A stretch of DNA of 64,000 nucleotides. It comes from Octopus vulgaris (Eukaryota). The notes below the pieces were generated by a model. It searched no databases, was not told the DNA's origin, and worked only from the letters and a program-made list of their open reading frames with translations. The position numbers and the translations under genes are program-made. Where the stretch lies: NCBI GenBank assembly GCA_951406725.2, contig OX597816.1, positions 171,802,001-171,866,000 on the forward strand. Reading direction: 5' to 3'. Position 1 is the stretch's first letter, and every line of letters begins with the position of its first letter. Of this stretch, positions 43,140 to 54,899 are shown one piece after another.

Positions 43140-43575
43140 ACTATCTTTTATTTTTATCTTTTATTTGTTTCAGATATTAGACTGCGGCAATGCTGGAGCA
43201 CTGCCTTGAAAAATTTTTACTCGAATAATTTAACTACAGTAGTTTTTTTTCCGTTGTTTTTGTTACGCCTGGTAATTATTCTGTCCAACTGTTTTGTCGA
43301 ACCACTAAGTTACGGGGATGTAACCACGCCAACACCGATTGCCAAGTGGCGGTGGTGGAAAACACAGACACAAAGACGCGCGCGCATAAACATACACTCA
43401 CACACACACATACACTCACACAGAAAGAAGTCCGTCGAATATTCGACGGGTTTCTTTCAGTTTCCGTCTACCAAATCCACTTACAAGGCTTTGATTGGCT
43501 CGAGGCTATAGTAGAAGACATTACCCAAGGTACCACGCAGTGGGACTGAACCCGGAACCATGTGATTGGGAAGCC
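43140..43575 (-). mobile_element. SINE family 1, diverged
   Basis: actgcggcaatgctggagcac tail and gtgggactgaacccggaacc head. Confidence 0.8.
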
Positions 43576-43971
43576 TGCACTTACTCGTTAGCTCTCATTT
43601 GAATATTCCTGGTATCTTAGATATATTATTAATGCATCCTTACTTTCGATCCTATCTCTAGTAACTCAGAATGAACTTTAAAATGGGAAACGGAATTTGA
43701 ACATAATTTGCATATTCAAAATAGCGTTCTTTCTACTTATAGTCATGAGATTAACATGGCACATATTTACGGCTCGGGAAACAAAGCTCTAGATATATAC
43801 AATAGTTAATTATCTTGGTCTCAGACACTGCGTAATGCCAGACATGTGAACTGAGCCATCAGCTCTATTAAAACGGACGTCTTTAACACTCATATTTTAC
43901 ATTATTTTCTTGTCCATTTTCCATTACCCAGCTCATTCTCTAAGTTGTATCTTAAGAGTTACGTCATATAT

Positions 43972-44587
43972 ACCTCTCTACTCTAGGCACAAGGCCCGAA
44001 ATTTTGGGTGAGTGGGCCAGTCGATTAGATGGACTCCAGTACGCAGCTGGTACTTAATTTATCGACCCCGAAAGGATGAAAGGCAAAGTCGACCTCGGCG
44101 GAGTTTGAACTCAGAACATAAAGACAGACGATTTACCGTTAAGCGTTTCGCCTGGCGTGCTAACGTTTCTTATTTCTTTATTGCCCACAAAGGGCTAAAC
44201 ATAGAGGGGACAAACAAGGACTGGCAAAGAGATTAAGTCGATTATATCGACCTCAGTGCGTAACTGGTACTTATTTAATCGACCCCGAAAGGATGAAAGG
44301 CAAAGTCGACCTCGGCGGAATTTGAACTCAGAACGTAATGGCAGACGAAATACCTATTTCTTTACTACCCACAAGGGGCTAAACACAGAGAGGACAAACA
44401 AGGACAGACAAACGGATTAAGTCGATTACATTGAACCCAGCGCGTAACTGGTACTTAATTTATCGACCCCGAAAGGATGAAAGGTAAAGTGGACCTCGGC
44501 GGAATTTGAACTCAGAACGTAGCGGCAGAAGAAATACCGCTAAGCATTTCGCCCGGCGTGCTAACGTTTCTGCCAGCTTGTCACCGT
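43972..44587 (-). mobile_element. Trimeric SINE family 3 insertion
   Basis: Three tandem units of atcgaccccgaaaggatgaaagg.aaagt.gacctcggcgga.tttgaactcagaac, bounded by one 15-bp TSD agttac(g/a)tcatatat. Confidence 0.88.
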
Positions 44588-44996
44588 AGTTACATCATAT
44601 ATTGACTATTGTTTACTTCTCTTAGTCACACTATTTTCACTTCGTTTATAATAAATGCTATCAACTCTACGCTGTAAGTCTTACTTTACATTAATCATAA
44701 TTTAGTGGCAAATTCTTGTCTCTCATATATGACAGCATCTGACCCTGACACAGTATCTGTGCTGCAATACTTAGTAATATTTGAACATACAAAATGAATA
44801 ATGTTTTCATGCTCAAAGGCGCTCGCGTGACTAACGACTGAGTCTCGTGTTGTTTCATTTTGAACTTGTATATTTGTATGTATATATATATACATACCCA
44901 TACACGTGTTTACATGTATTGAAAACTACAATTCATATTTTGACATGGCGGCCCGAAGAAAACTTTGTGCTCCTTGATAACATACTTCTTGGAAAC

Positions 44997-45042
<46 letters not shown>

Positions 45043-45078
45043 AAGAGGAAACAGATAGATGGAGAGATGGATAAATAG

Positions 45079-45116
<38 letters not shown>

Positions 45117-45121
<5 letters not shown>

Positions 45122-45308
45122 TAATCCAAACAAGAAAACACAAAAAAAAACAAAAAAACAACAACGCGAGGACGTGGAACAAATAAAGTATTATTGGACG
45201 CTCAGGAAAGAAGGGAAGAAGGAGGGTTTAACGTTTCGAGCGGAGCTCTTCGTCGGAAACATAGGAGAAAGAAAGATCCCGAGAAGGGAAGACAGAGGAA
45301 AAAAATCG
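45117..45308 (-). mobile_element. HHR-bearing short element (copy of 4581-4762), HHR at 45226-45260
   Basis: On the - strand: gttt CCGACGA a gagc-tcc-gctc GAAA cg TT aaac. It abuts (TA)n. Confidence 0.8.
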
Positions 45309-45774
45309 CCAGCCATATGTGTACAAGCATATATATATATATATATGCTTGTACACATATACACACTAACATAAATTGTGTACGTTAGCCTAAGATTTGC
45401 CTGCTTTTTTCCCTTGCACAATGAAACCTTATCAAATATCTTTTGTTTCTCGTTAAGAAAGGAACATCTTTCTATATTATCGTCTGCTTTTTGTTCTATT
45501 TGCTAAATTATATAATTATGGTTTGACATGTAGATATACTTGTCTGCTTTTTTTTTTATTATGATAACAACGTGAATAGAGATCTTATGATACTTTTATT
45601 CTCCTGTTTCTCAGAATGTTTCTTTGCATGTGACTTGTCTTTACTTCAAGTGTTTTGTCTTCTATGTCCCCCTTTTTCAGTATATAAGCTGCAATTTCTC
45701 TCTCTCTCTCTCTCTCTCTCTCTGCTAGGTCGCTTCTTTAGAATGTTAGTGAAAACTTTGTACTGCATATTTGT

Positions 45775-45805
<31 letters not shown>

Positions 45806-45832
45806 CATACACACACACACACATACATACAT

Positions 45833-45863
<31 letters not shown>

Positions 45864-45864
45864 T

Positions 45865-45938
<74 letters not shown>

Positions 45939-46093
45939 TATATATAAAGGATTTTCGTCCAATGACGTAATATATGTTCTAAAAGTGCTCGGTTTGGTTT
46001 ACTTCTAAAATTCCGGTTTGAACTGCAACTGAACACAAGTTGGTTTTGAGGCTGCTTATCAAAGATGGCTACAACTGGTTGGTCGTGGAGCGA

Positions 46094-46158
<65 letters not shown>

Positions 46159-46163
<5 letters not shown>

Positions 46164-46962
46164 CCAAGAAAAAAGCAACAAGAATGGATCAATTGATTAG
46201 TACAATTGTTTCATACTAAAAACATTTAATTTCAAGCTGCAAATATTACAGCAAATAAATGTCAAGTATTCATCAGCTAAATCACATATAGGTTTTCCAT
46301 ATATTCTTAGAGAGTGTAAATATCCTTATGAAGTTATAGGAGTGAGTCCCATGAGTCTGAAGTAAGATTCCAAGCAGACTATATATGTTTTCCAACAATA
46401 CAAAGTTTTTAAAATGATTATTAACATCCCAGAGAAGATAAATCTACTCATAAAAATGTGGGTATAAGTTCCAAGAGGCATGAGGAAAGATGCTGGTCAT
46501 ACCACGGTTAAGTTCGCATCTAACTGTTGCAGACAAACTGTTGCAGACAGATAGAATTTTGTCTTCTCTGGGATGTTAATAATCATTTTAAAAACTTTGT
46601 ATTGTTGGAAAATATATATAGCCTGCTTGGAATCTTACTTCAGATTCATGGAACTCACTCCTATAACTTCATAAGGATATTTACACTCTCTAAGAATATA
46701 TGGAAAACCTATATGTGATTTAGCTGATGAATACTTGACATTATATTTGCTGTAATATTTGCAACTTGAAAAAAAATGTTTATAGTATGAAACGATTGTA
46801 CTAATCTACCGATCCATTCTTGTTGCTTTTTTCTTGGTTATAATCACCCCACATAATTTTATGGTTAATACCATAAAGAATCCTGGTGCATCTAAGTTAA
46901 GTACCATATTCATTTGAATTCATTTGAATTCATTTGAATCTTAATTGTTTTTGCTGAAATTA
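46159..46962 (+). mobile_element. Fold-back element C: ~285-bp inverted arms, ~115-bp spacer, ~120-bp tail, within (TA)n
   Basis: 46159-46443 is the reverse complement of ~46557-46842 with few differences. Both arms carry an HHR. Confidence 0.88.
46717..46806 (+). ncRNA. Type-I hammerhead ribozyme with extended stem II (mirror copy at 46195-46283 on -)
   Basis: gatttag CTGATGA atact...(~48 nt)...agtat GAAA c(g/a)attg TA ctaatc. The mirror copy has the perfect palindromic stem III caattg. Confidence 0.78.
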
Positions 46963-47233
46963 TATATACATATATATATATATATAAATTAAATTAGAGA
47001 TAAAAACACTATTAGGTAAATCAAACAGTGATAAACATAAATCAAAACATAGAAGTAAAATTAATTAATATAATATACAAAATATATAAAATATAAAATT
47101 CAAAATTTAAATTATTTAAATTTAAAGTTAAAAATCTAAAATTATTAATTTATATTTATAAATTTATATATATATATTTTGTTAAATATATATAACTATC
47201 AAAAAGTATAAAAAGTTTAATATAAGATAAAAA

Positions 47234-47299
<66 letters not shown>

Positions 47300-47435
47300 T
47301 AGAAAGAAACCACCTTTTATCAATTCAATAATGAAAAATTAAATTACACAATCTAGAAAATTACATATAATAGAAAGATTAAATATAAGATAAAAAGTAT
47401 AACGATGATTAAGTAATGTACAATAATATATATAA

Positions 47436-47948
47436 CTAGCAGTATCGCCCGGCGTTGGTCGGGTTTGTAAGGGAAATAACTATATAAGCATTTTTAGAGA
47501 GTTACTTCCCTTATACATGTCAATTCGGGCTTTCTTAGCCATTTCTGTTTTGGTGTCTTCAAGCCATGAAGTCGTTGTTCTAAAAGAACGCTGGTCTCCT
47601 TGACAACGCATTACGACGTTGATTTCTTTACACTCCCTTCCCCACAGCTTCACGAGGGAGGGAAGAAGGGGGAGAAGCAAACAGGTGCAGGTGTGACCAT
47701 GGACGCCAACTCCGCCGCCATCGACACACGAAAAATTATGCATTAAAATGGAATAAAAAATGATGTTAAATTATTTTTAAAATCGTAGACTCATCGTAGA
47801 CGCACGCTAATAGCCAGACGGGCTCGATATGAATCACGACTATAAGATACCCGAATTTGGTTAAACTGCACCGCAAAATGTGGGAGGAGTTAGGAATCTA
47901 AATCGAAGGGGACAGACACTCACACAACTACAGTTTTATATATATAGA
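47436..47948 (-). mobile_element. Non-autonomous Helitron with an unrelated ~220-bp internal segment
   Basis: Family termini are present. 47515-47735 is not found in the other copies. Confidence 0.88.
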
Positions 47949-48031
47949 TATATATATATTATATTTTGTGAAAATTGATTTAGTATTTCTAAATTGAATT
48001 TTTCCCTGTAAGTTTGGAATAATATTCCCTC

Positions 48032-48778
<747 letters not shown>

Positions 48779-48787
48779 TTATTATCA

Positions 48788-48893
<106 letters not shown>

Positions 48894-48953
48894 GGGATTT
48901 ATCCGAGTTTCACGTCCATAAAGCGCTTAGCTTTACGACGTACATCAGACCCC
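48894..48953 (-). ncRNA. Hammerhead ribozyme motif (one core substitution) at the PLE 3' end
   Basis: ggggt CTGATGT acgtc-gtaaagc-taagc-gctttat-g-gacgt GAAA ctcgga TA aatccc. A second decayed copy lies at ~49018-49058 (GAAA cattatg TA gcga). Confidence 0.62.
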
Positions 48954-49840
48954 AAACTTGATGGCTTATGGCCTCTCTAGCGAGCGGCTTCTCAAGAAAT
49001 GAAAGGAGGAAAGGACCTCGCTACATAATGTTTCGCTTTAGCTATCGATCGTAAGTGACCCTGTTATTTTGGGGGTTTCAAGAGACCAGCAGGAATTTCC
49101 TGAAATGCAAGCACGGTCGAAAGACCTCCGTTCTGGAGTTAGGGATGTTCTTCAGGTCGAGGAAGTCCTTTAGTATCCTCACCCGTTCCGCTATGCACAG
49201 TTTACAACGCTTGGTCCCGTTTGTGGAGGGGCCTGGATTTTCTAAGATTCTCTATGATATTGTGTGTGGAATCTCGTCGTCCTTCAGCTGCCATACATCG
49301 TCGGCTAATGACATAACGTATTTCCTTACCGGTTGGTATCCTGAAGGAGTATTTATGGTTGGAGAGGCGATGCTTGAAAGTGTTACCGGAGCAACCGATG
49401 TATCTTCGTGCCAGGGTATTGGCAGTGCTGTATCTGTTGGTGTTGGCGTTGCTGCTACCGTTGTTAATGGTACTAGAGCTGTTGGTGTTGGTGTCATTGG
49501 AAGTGGCGATGGTGTTGGTGCCGTTTCTACTGGTATTGATAATGGTGTTGTTGTTGTTGTTGTTGTTATGGTCCTCGTCGTTGATGGAGGTGCTGTCACA
49601 GCTGTTATAGATATCATTTCTGATGGCTCTGTTGCTATTTCCGTTAGGGATACTGCTATTGTTGTCGTTGATGATGTTATTGTTATTATCATTGACGATG
49701 GTGCTCCTGCTGGTTCTGTTCGTGTCTCTGCTGCATCAACAATTGGTACTGTCGACCCTGCTACTGTAGTATATGTTGGGGAAGTGGTGGATGTTGCTGC
49801 TGCCGTTAGGAATATTGCTTTGCTGTCGTTGATGTTGTTA

Positions 49841-50078
49841 GGCGTGTGGCTTAGTGGTTAGGGTGTTGAACTCATGATCGTAAGGCTGTGGTTTCGATTC
49901 CTGGACCGAGCAATGCGTTGTGTTCTTGAGCAAAACACTTCATTTCGCGTTGCTCCAGTCCCCTCAGCTGGCAAAAATGAGTAACGCTGCGACGGACCGG
50001 CGTCCCGTCCAAGTGGGGAATTTCTATGCCAATGAAACCGGGAAACCGGACCTTATGAGTCTGGCATGGCTCGAGAAG
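49841..50078 (+). mobile_element. SINE family 4 (tRNA head plus CORE/V-like box) inserted in the PLE
   Basis: tggcttagtggtta and ggtttcgattcct boxes, gtgttcttgagcaaaacactt core, and a 10-bp TSD gatgttgtta. Confidence 0.88.
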
Positions 50079-50819
50079 GATGTTGTTATCGCTAGCGATG
50101 ATACCGCCGCTGGTTCTGTTCGTGTCTCTGCTGCTGCTACTATTCGTACTGTCGATCCTGCTACTGTAGAATATGTTGGGGAAGATGCTGATGTTGATGC
50201 TGCTGTTAGGGTCGGCCAGTACCGCAGCTTCGTGGACGACGCCCTTCGTTTTGCAGTGGCCTCTCACTGGGCATCTGTTGTGTTCCCTTCATGAGCATGC
50301 TGCCCCCGCTTGTGGTCCAGGGGTGCTTCCTAGAATGCTCTTAATATTGGGGGCACAGCTAAAAGACACCTTAAGTTTGTGCCTGCTGAAAATGCGTCCG
50401 TATCTAGGTAGACGCGTGAAATGTTTATCTATTAACTTAAGGAATATCCTACCTACAGACGTTATAATATTAAGAGAGAAAATTAATAGCGTACAGTGTT
50501 TTCTGGCAGAGCTTATTACTCTAACATAAATAAATGGGATTTACTCTGCTGAGCTTAGCATAAGTGTGATTTTAAAATAAGCATATAAATTTTCAAGTAT
50601 TTCTATTCATAGAACTCCAACCTGAATCAGTCTTTGTGAGAAGGCATATGTGTATTATTAAATTTAAATACAAATTACGACCAGATTATATTATGAGATT
50701 GCAAGAGTGGAATTATTATAATAAGATAATCTACAGTCTTTGGTGGGCGTGCAGCGCTCATCTAACTCAACCAGAATATACCGGACGAACTCAATACATA
50801 AGTCAGAGTGTATATATAT

Positions 50820-51060
50820 CTCTTTTACTCTTTTACTCTTTTATTTGTTTCAATCATTTGACTGCGGCCATGCTGGAACACCGCCTTTAGTCGAGAAAAT
50901 CAACCCCAGGACTTATTCTTTGTAAGCCTAGTACTTATTCTATCGGTCTCTTTTACCGAACTGCTAAGTTACGGTCGGTGAGTAAATACACCACCATCGG
51001 TTGTGAAGCGATGTTGGGGGGGGGGGGACAAACACAGACACACAAACATATACACACACG
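50820..51060 (-). mobile_element. SINE family 1, 3' half
   Basis: Reverse-complement tail. Confidence 0.88.
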
Positions 51061-51063
51061 TAA

Positions 51064-51150
51064 ATAGATTACCTCACTAAGCACCCCAATAATAAACTCC
51101 CCGTTCTTGATACTGAACTTTGGTTAGAGACTGTGAACAACAGAGTCAGT
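51064..51150 (+). pseudogene. Tiny PLE-type RT fragment
   Basis: IDYLTKHPNNKLPVLDTELWLE resembles the PLE RT late-palm motif D.P.....KLPVLD..(L/V)W. Confidence 0.45.
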
Positions 51151-51228
51151 TCCTCCACTCCTATTATATATATGTATATATATATATATATATATTCACA
51201 CACACACACACACACACACATACACACA

Positions 51229-51299
<71 letters not shown>

Positions 51300-51752
51300 G
51301 CACACATACACGCGTGCGCACAGAATGTTGCATTTCAGGTCACCGTGTGTCAGAATTCGAGCATTTTACTTACTTTTTGAAACTGTGTTATCTTCAATTT
51401 GTACTTTGCAATTCAATTTAACTTCTTAACAGATTAAAAAATTAAAGTATCGAACGATTTAGTAGTTTTTAAAAAAATTTCGGGACAGATGAAAGGTTAG
51501 CAATTGAAAAGGTATTTCGTTTATCATCTTATCTTGTGTATCGCATGATTACAATCTGATAAACTTAGCAACAGTTACGTATCTGAATTTAGTTCCTTTT
51601 GTGGTAATCAAGCAATTTAAGTATGCTGTCAACAAATAACAAACGTAAAGTCATTGTAGTCGATCAATCTGCTAGAAATAGTCGCTAAATTATCCTAAAA
51701 TCGTATTATCTACAGCCTTTTATAAGAATATGCCACATTAGATATAATGTTC

Positions 51753-52170
51753 GAATCTTTTCGGTTTGAACGGCAGTTTTTAACATAATTTCTAGGTAAC
51801 TAAAAAATTTTAAACTTCGTATACTGGTAGAATGTGTTTATAAAACACCTTTTCTCTTGGCTTTATTGAGAAAATTCTATAGTTTGTAAGATATTTGTTG
51901 GGTTTTTTTCTTCAATTTCTGCAATTTCAACCAATCACTGACGTCTATTGAGGTAAAAAAACATTCTGTGTCGTATGAATATGTCCCTCGTTTAAGAAAC
52001 AGATTGGATTTATTTACATTTGTGAAGAAAAAAAGATACCCTTCCCCCCACCCCTAATCCTAACCCTAAAACAGGTTGAAATGCAATAGATCGATTCTAG
52101 GGTCATAATTATGAGTGACAATTTCATATGACACCGCTAGAAAAAACTGCCGTTCAAACCGAAAAGATCC
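51753..52170. mobile_element. MITE, second (inverted) copy of 2361-2773
   Basis: Same TIRs and internal sequence. Confidence 0.9.
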
Positions 52171-52761
52171 ATGTGTTCTCTTAAAGAAATGGGTGGGCTG
52201 GTTGGTCATAACTGGACTGCTTTAGATCATAGAAGTCCTCTCTTTGGGTTTACCAGGGGTTAAACAACAGTAGCAACAGCGACAACAACAGCAATTATTT
52301 AAAGGCATGAGAAATAATGAGAGTGATATAATGAATCAACTGGATTTACTGTGTCCATAGAACAAAAGGCGTGCACTGAACTCTAAGGTTTCTAGATATT
52401 ATTTAATACTTGACCATCGGTCACCCATTATCGTTATCTTCAACACTTTATTCATACAATAGAAATGTGAAGCACGGGCGATGTTGTTGTAAGTGGTTCA
52501 TTGTTTAGATTTCAGCAAATACAGTAAATGAATAAAACTATCATTTATTTATTTATTCATTAATTTAATCGTTTATGAAATCTTTCAAGAGTGCATTTGT
52601 TCTCAAACAATATCTTTATCGTAGATATACATGGCAATTATTATAGAAATACATTTTAATAATCACCAAGTGACTGTTACATAATATTATTGTATTTCTC
52701 AAATGTAAATAAATAAAAAATGGTTTTTTGTCTTTTTATATAATTATAATTTGGAAGGAGG

Positions 52762-52841
<80 letters not shown>

Positions 52842-52995
52842 GAGAGAGAGAAACAATAGAAATAATAAACTACACAAACCACAATATTTATTTCTGAAAA
52901 CAGGTATCGTTTTCAGGGGCAAGCAAGACAAAGTGAGAAGAGGGAAAGAAACAGAGCGGGAAAGAAAGATAAAAGGGGGAAAAAAACAGAATAGA

Positions 52996-53026
<31 letters not shown>

Positions 53027-53259
53027 TGTGTGTGTGTGTGTGTGTGTGTTCCCCAGAAAGCATTTTTTTAATAATTGTAAATAGGTATGTAGTGAGTAAT
53101 TTAAGGAAGGAACGTGTCCAATTGGATCCGAGGCGGGTATACAAGAATCAACAAATAGAAACATTCACACATTGTCATATTGATGTTGCTTCGTGAACCG
53201 TTGCTGCATCTGATCGTCTGCTGTGGAGGAGGAAATACCACGTTGAATTCGACTTGTTT

Positions 53260-53261
53260 AA

Positions 53262-53302
<41 letters not shown>

Positions 53303-53795
53303 AATTATTGTATACAGTGCTCAGGTGCACCACAACTTGTCAGAAAGTGCATATAAAGTACATGCAGTAATGTAAAAATGTTTGGAAAGCGAACAATGTA
53401 TGAGTCAGATACATGCTTGTGTGTGTATGGAGGGGAGAAAATCAAGTGTAGTGTTGGCGAATCTCAGAAAGCATGGAAGTTTTGAAGGAAGCAGTGCTCC
53501 GACAACTAACAACTGATGCCGGCAGTTTGTTCCATGCTTCAGCAACTCTCAGCGTGAAAAAATGTTTCCTGAAGTCATGGGAGCTGTGCTGTTTTCTTAC
53601 TTTGTAAATATGTCCACGGGTGTTAGATGGGTGGAGTTTGAAAAGGTGCTCAGAGTTATTGTTTGTACGATGGTTGATAATTTTATGGGTGTCTGCCAGG
53701 TCAGCTGCCAAACGTCGGAGTTTCAATGTGTCCATGCCCAGGGAAGTAAGGCGTTCAGGATATGGCAAATGTCTGATGGAGGGTATTCTTTTGAA
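53260..53795 (-). mobile_element. 5'-truncated CR1-clade LINE 3' end with (ATT)n tail
   Basis: LPYPERLTSLGMDTLKLRRLAADL..NTRGHIYKV..RKHFFTLRVAEAWNKLPASVV..SFK, followed by 3' UTR and a (taa)n tail. Confidence 0.9.
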
Positions 53796-54199
53796 AGTAA
53801 TCATAAAGAGGAACCTAACTCAGGGAGACGTTGTTGAAGAGAAGCAACTCGATTAGAACCTCTATACTCCAATTCTAATGTTCAGTTGGCTGAAATTATA
53901 AACAAGACCATAGGATCTCGTTAGTTTCATGAGTCCTGAGGTGCTTTTGTCTGACTAGACGCAACATGTCGAAACACTGGGGTCCTAGAATGCCTTGTAC
54001 TAATGAACTGAGTGTGACGAACACAATAGCGATTAACCTATTCGCGGTCGAATCTGCCAGAATGTATTCCGAATATATTTGCAAGACTTTTTGAGTTAAG
54101 GGAATTCCCGGTGTTCGAAAATATGTGGTTGAGTTGGTGGGTTAACTGAGCTGTTGATACATACACCCAATCATGAGCGTCTGTTAATCTAAAAAATCT

Positions 54200-54730
54200 C
54201 AGACGGAGAATCTTTGGAATGTCTTACAAATCTTCACTGTGCCGCTAATAGATTGGATTTGGAGAATACGTCTCAGTTTCTTTGCTCTTTCTTCGAAAAA
54301 CCTAGTATTTCAAGTTCTTTTTGTGTGTAAATTTGTAGGCACATAGCCTAATGCACCGATCTGGACTTTTGATGGTTCATCCACATCCGCTAGGCAGCTG
54401 ACCTCTACTGACATCTACTGACCTCTACTGTACTGCACGACTTTTGTTCCCTGTCACACAGAACAATACCAGATCTATCACGTTGGCACCGAATTGCTGT
54501 CCTTGTCGGAATGTTCCACCAGTATTCTATGCCTTTAAAGATGTGAATACATGCTGGTTCTGACATGCCTTTGATGTATATGCCAAGGCAATTCTTCCAG
54601 CAGATAGCGTTGTTTTTGCTACTATATCAAACCTCCGGGGCAGGTTGTGTTTCGTAGACAGTTTGGGGCAGCTGCAGATGATGTGGCTGGTATTTCCCAC
54701 ACTCGTATAGTTTTGTTAGCGACCGGCTTG
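54200..54730 (-). mobile_element. Decayed RLE-type (R4/NeSL-like) non-LTR 3' region
   Basis: Pieces SHIICSCPKLS, RFDIVAK, EYWWNIP, DRSGIVLCDREQKSC..VEVSC.AD and IGALGYVP. Confidence 0.6.
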
Positions 54731-54899
54731 AACTTTCTTAAGAAGAACTTAAATAAATGTATATACATATTAATATATGTGTGTATCTATGTAATATGTA
54801 TGTATATAACAAATATATACACACAAGACATTAGATAAGATAAATAGGAAGGGGCTTGAAATAGTTAAGAAATTAAGTATACAAGATATCACTAGACCT

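Larger units (their letters stand above)
48894..50520 (-). mobile_element. PLE (Naiad/Chlamys-like) remnant: post-RT linker, long Thr/Pro/Ser tract, GIY-YIG, 3' HHRs
   Basis: FSLNIITSVGRIFLKLIDKHF..RIFSRHKLKVSFSCAPNIKSIL, then YIGCSGNTFKHRLSNHKYSFR, then SLADDVWQLK..IS*RIL..KRCKLCIAERVRI..NSRTEVFRPCLHFRKFLL. Confidence 0.85.

Noticed and set aside
43972-44587. Regularly spaced repeats resembling a CRISPR array
   Set aside because: The units are ~180-bp SINE monomers without unique spacers, the context is eukaryotic, and there are no cas genes.
49055-49861. 268-aa hydrophobic plus-strand ORF and 146-aa mucin-like minus-strand ORF as host genes
   Set aside because: They lie within a PLE remnant whose motifs are on the minus strand. 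The plus ORF is the antisense shadow of a Thr/Pro-rich tract.
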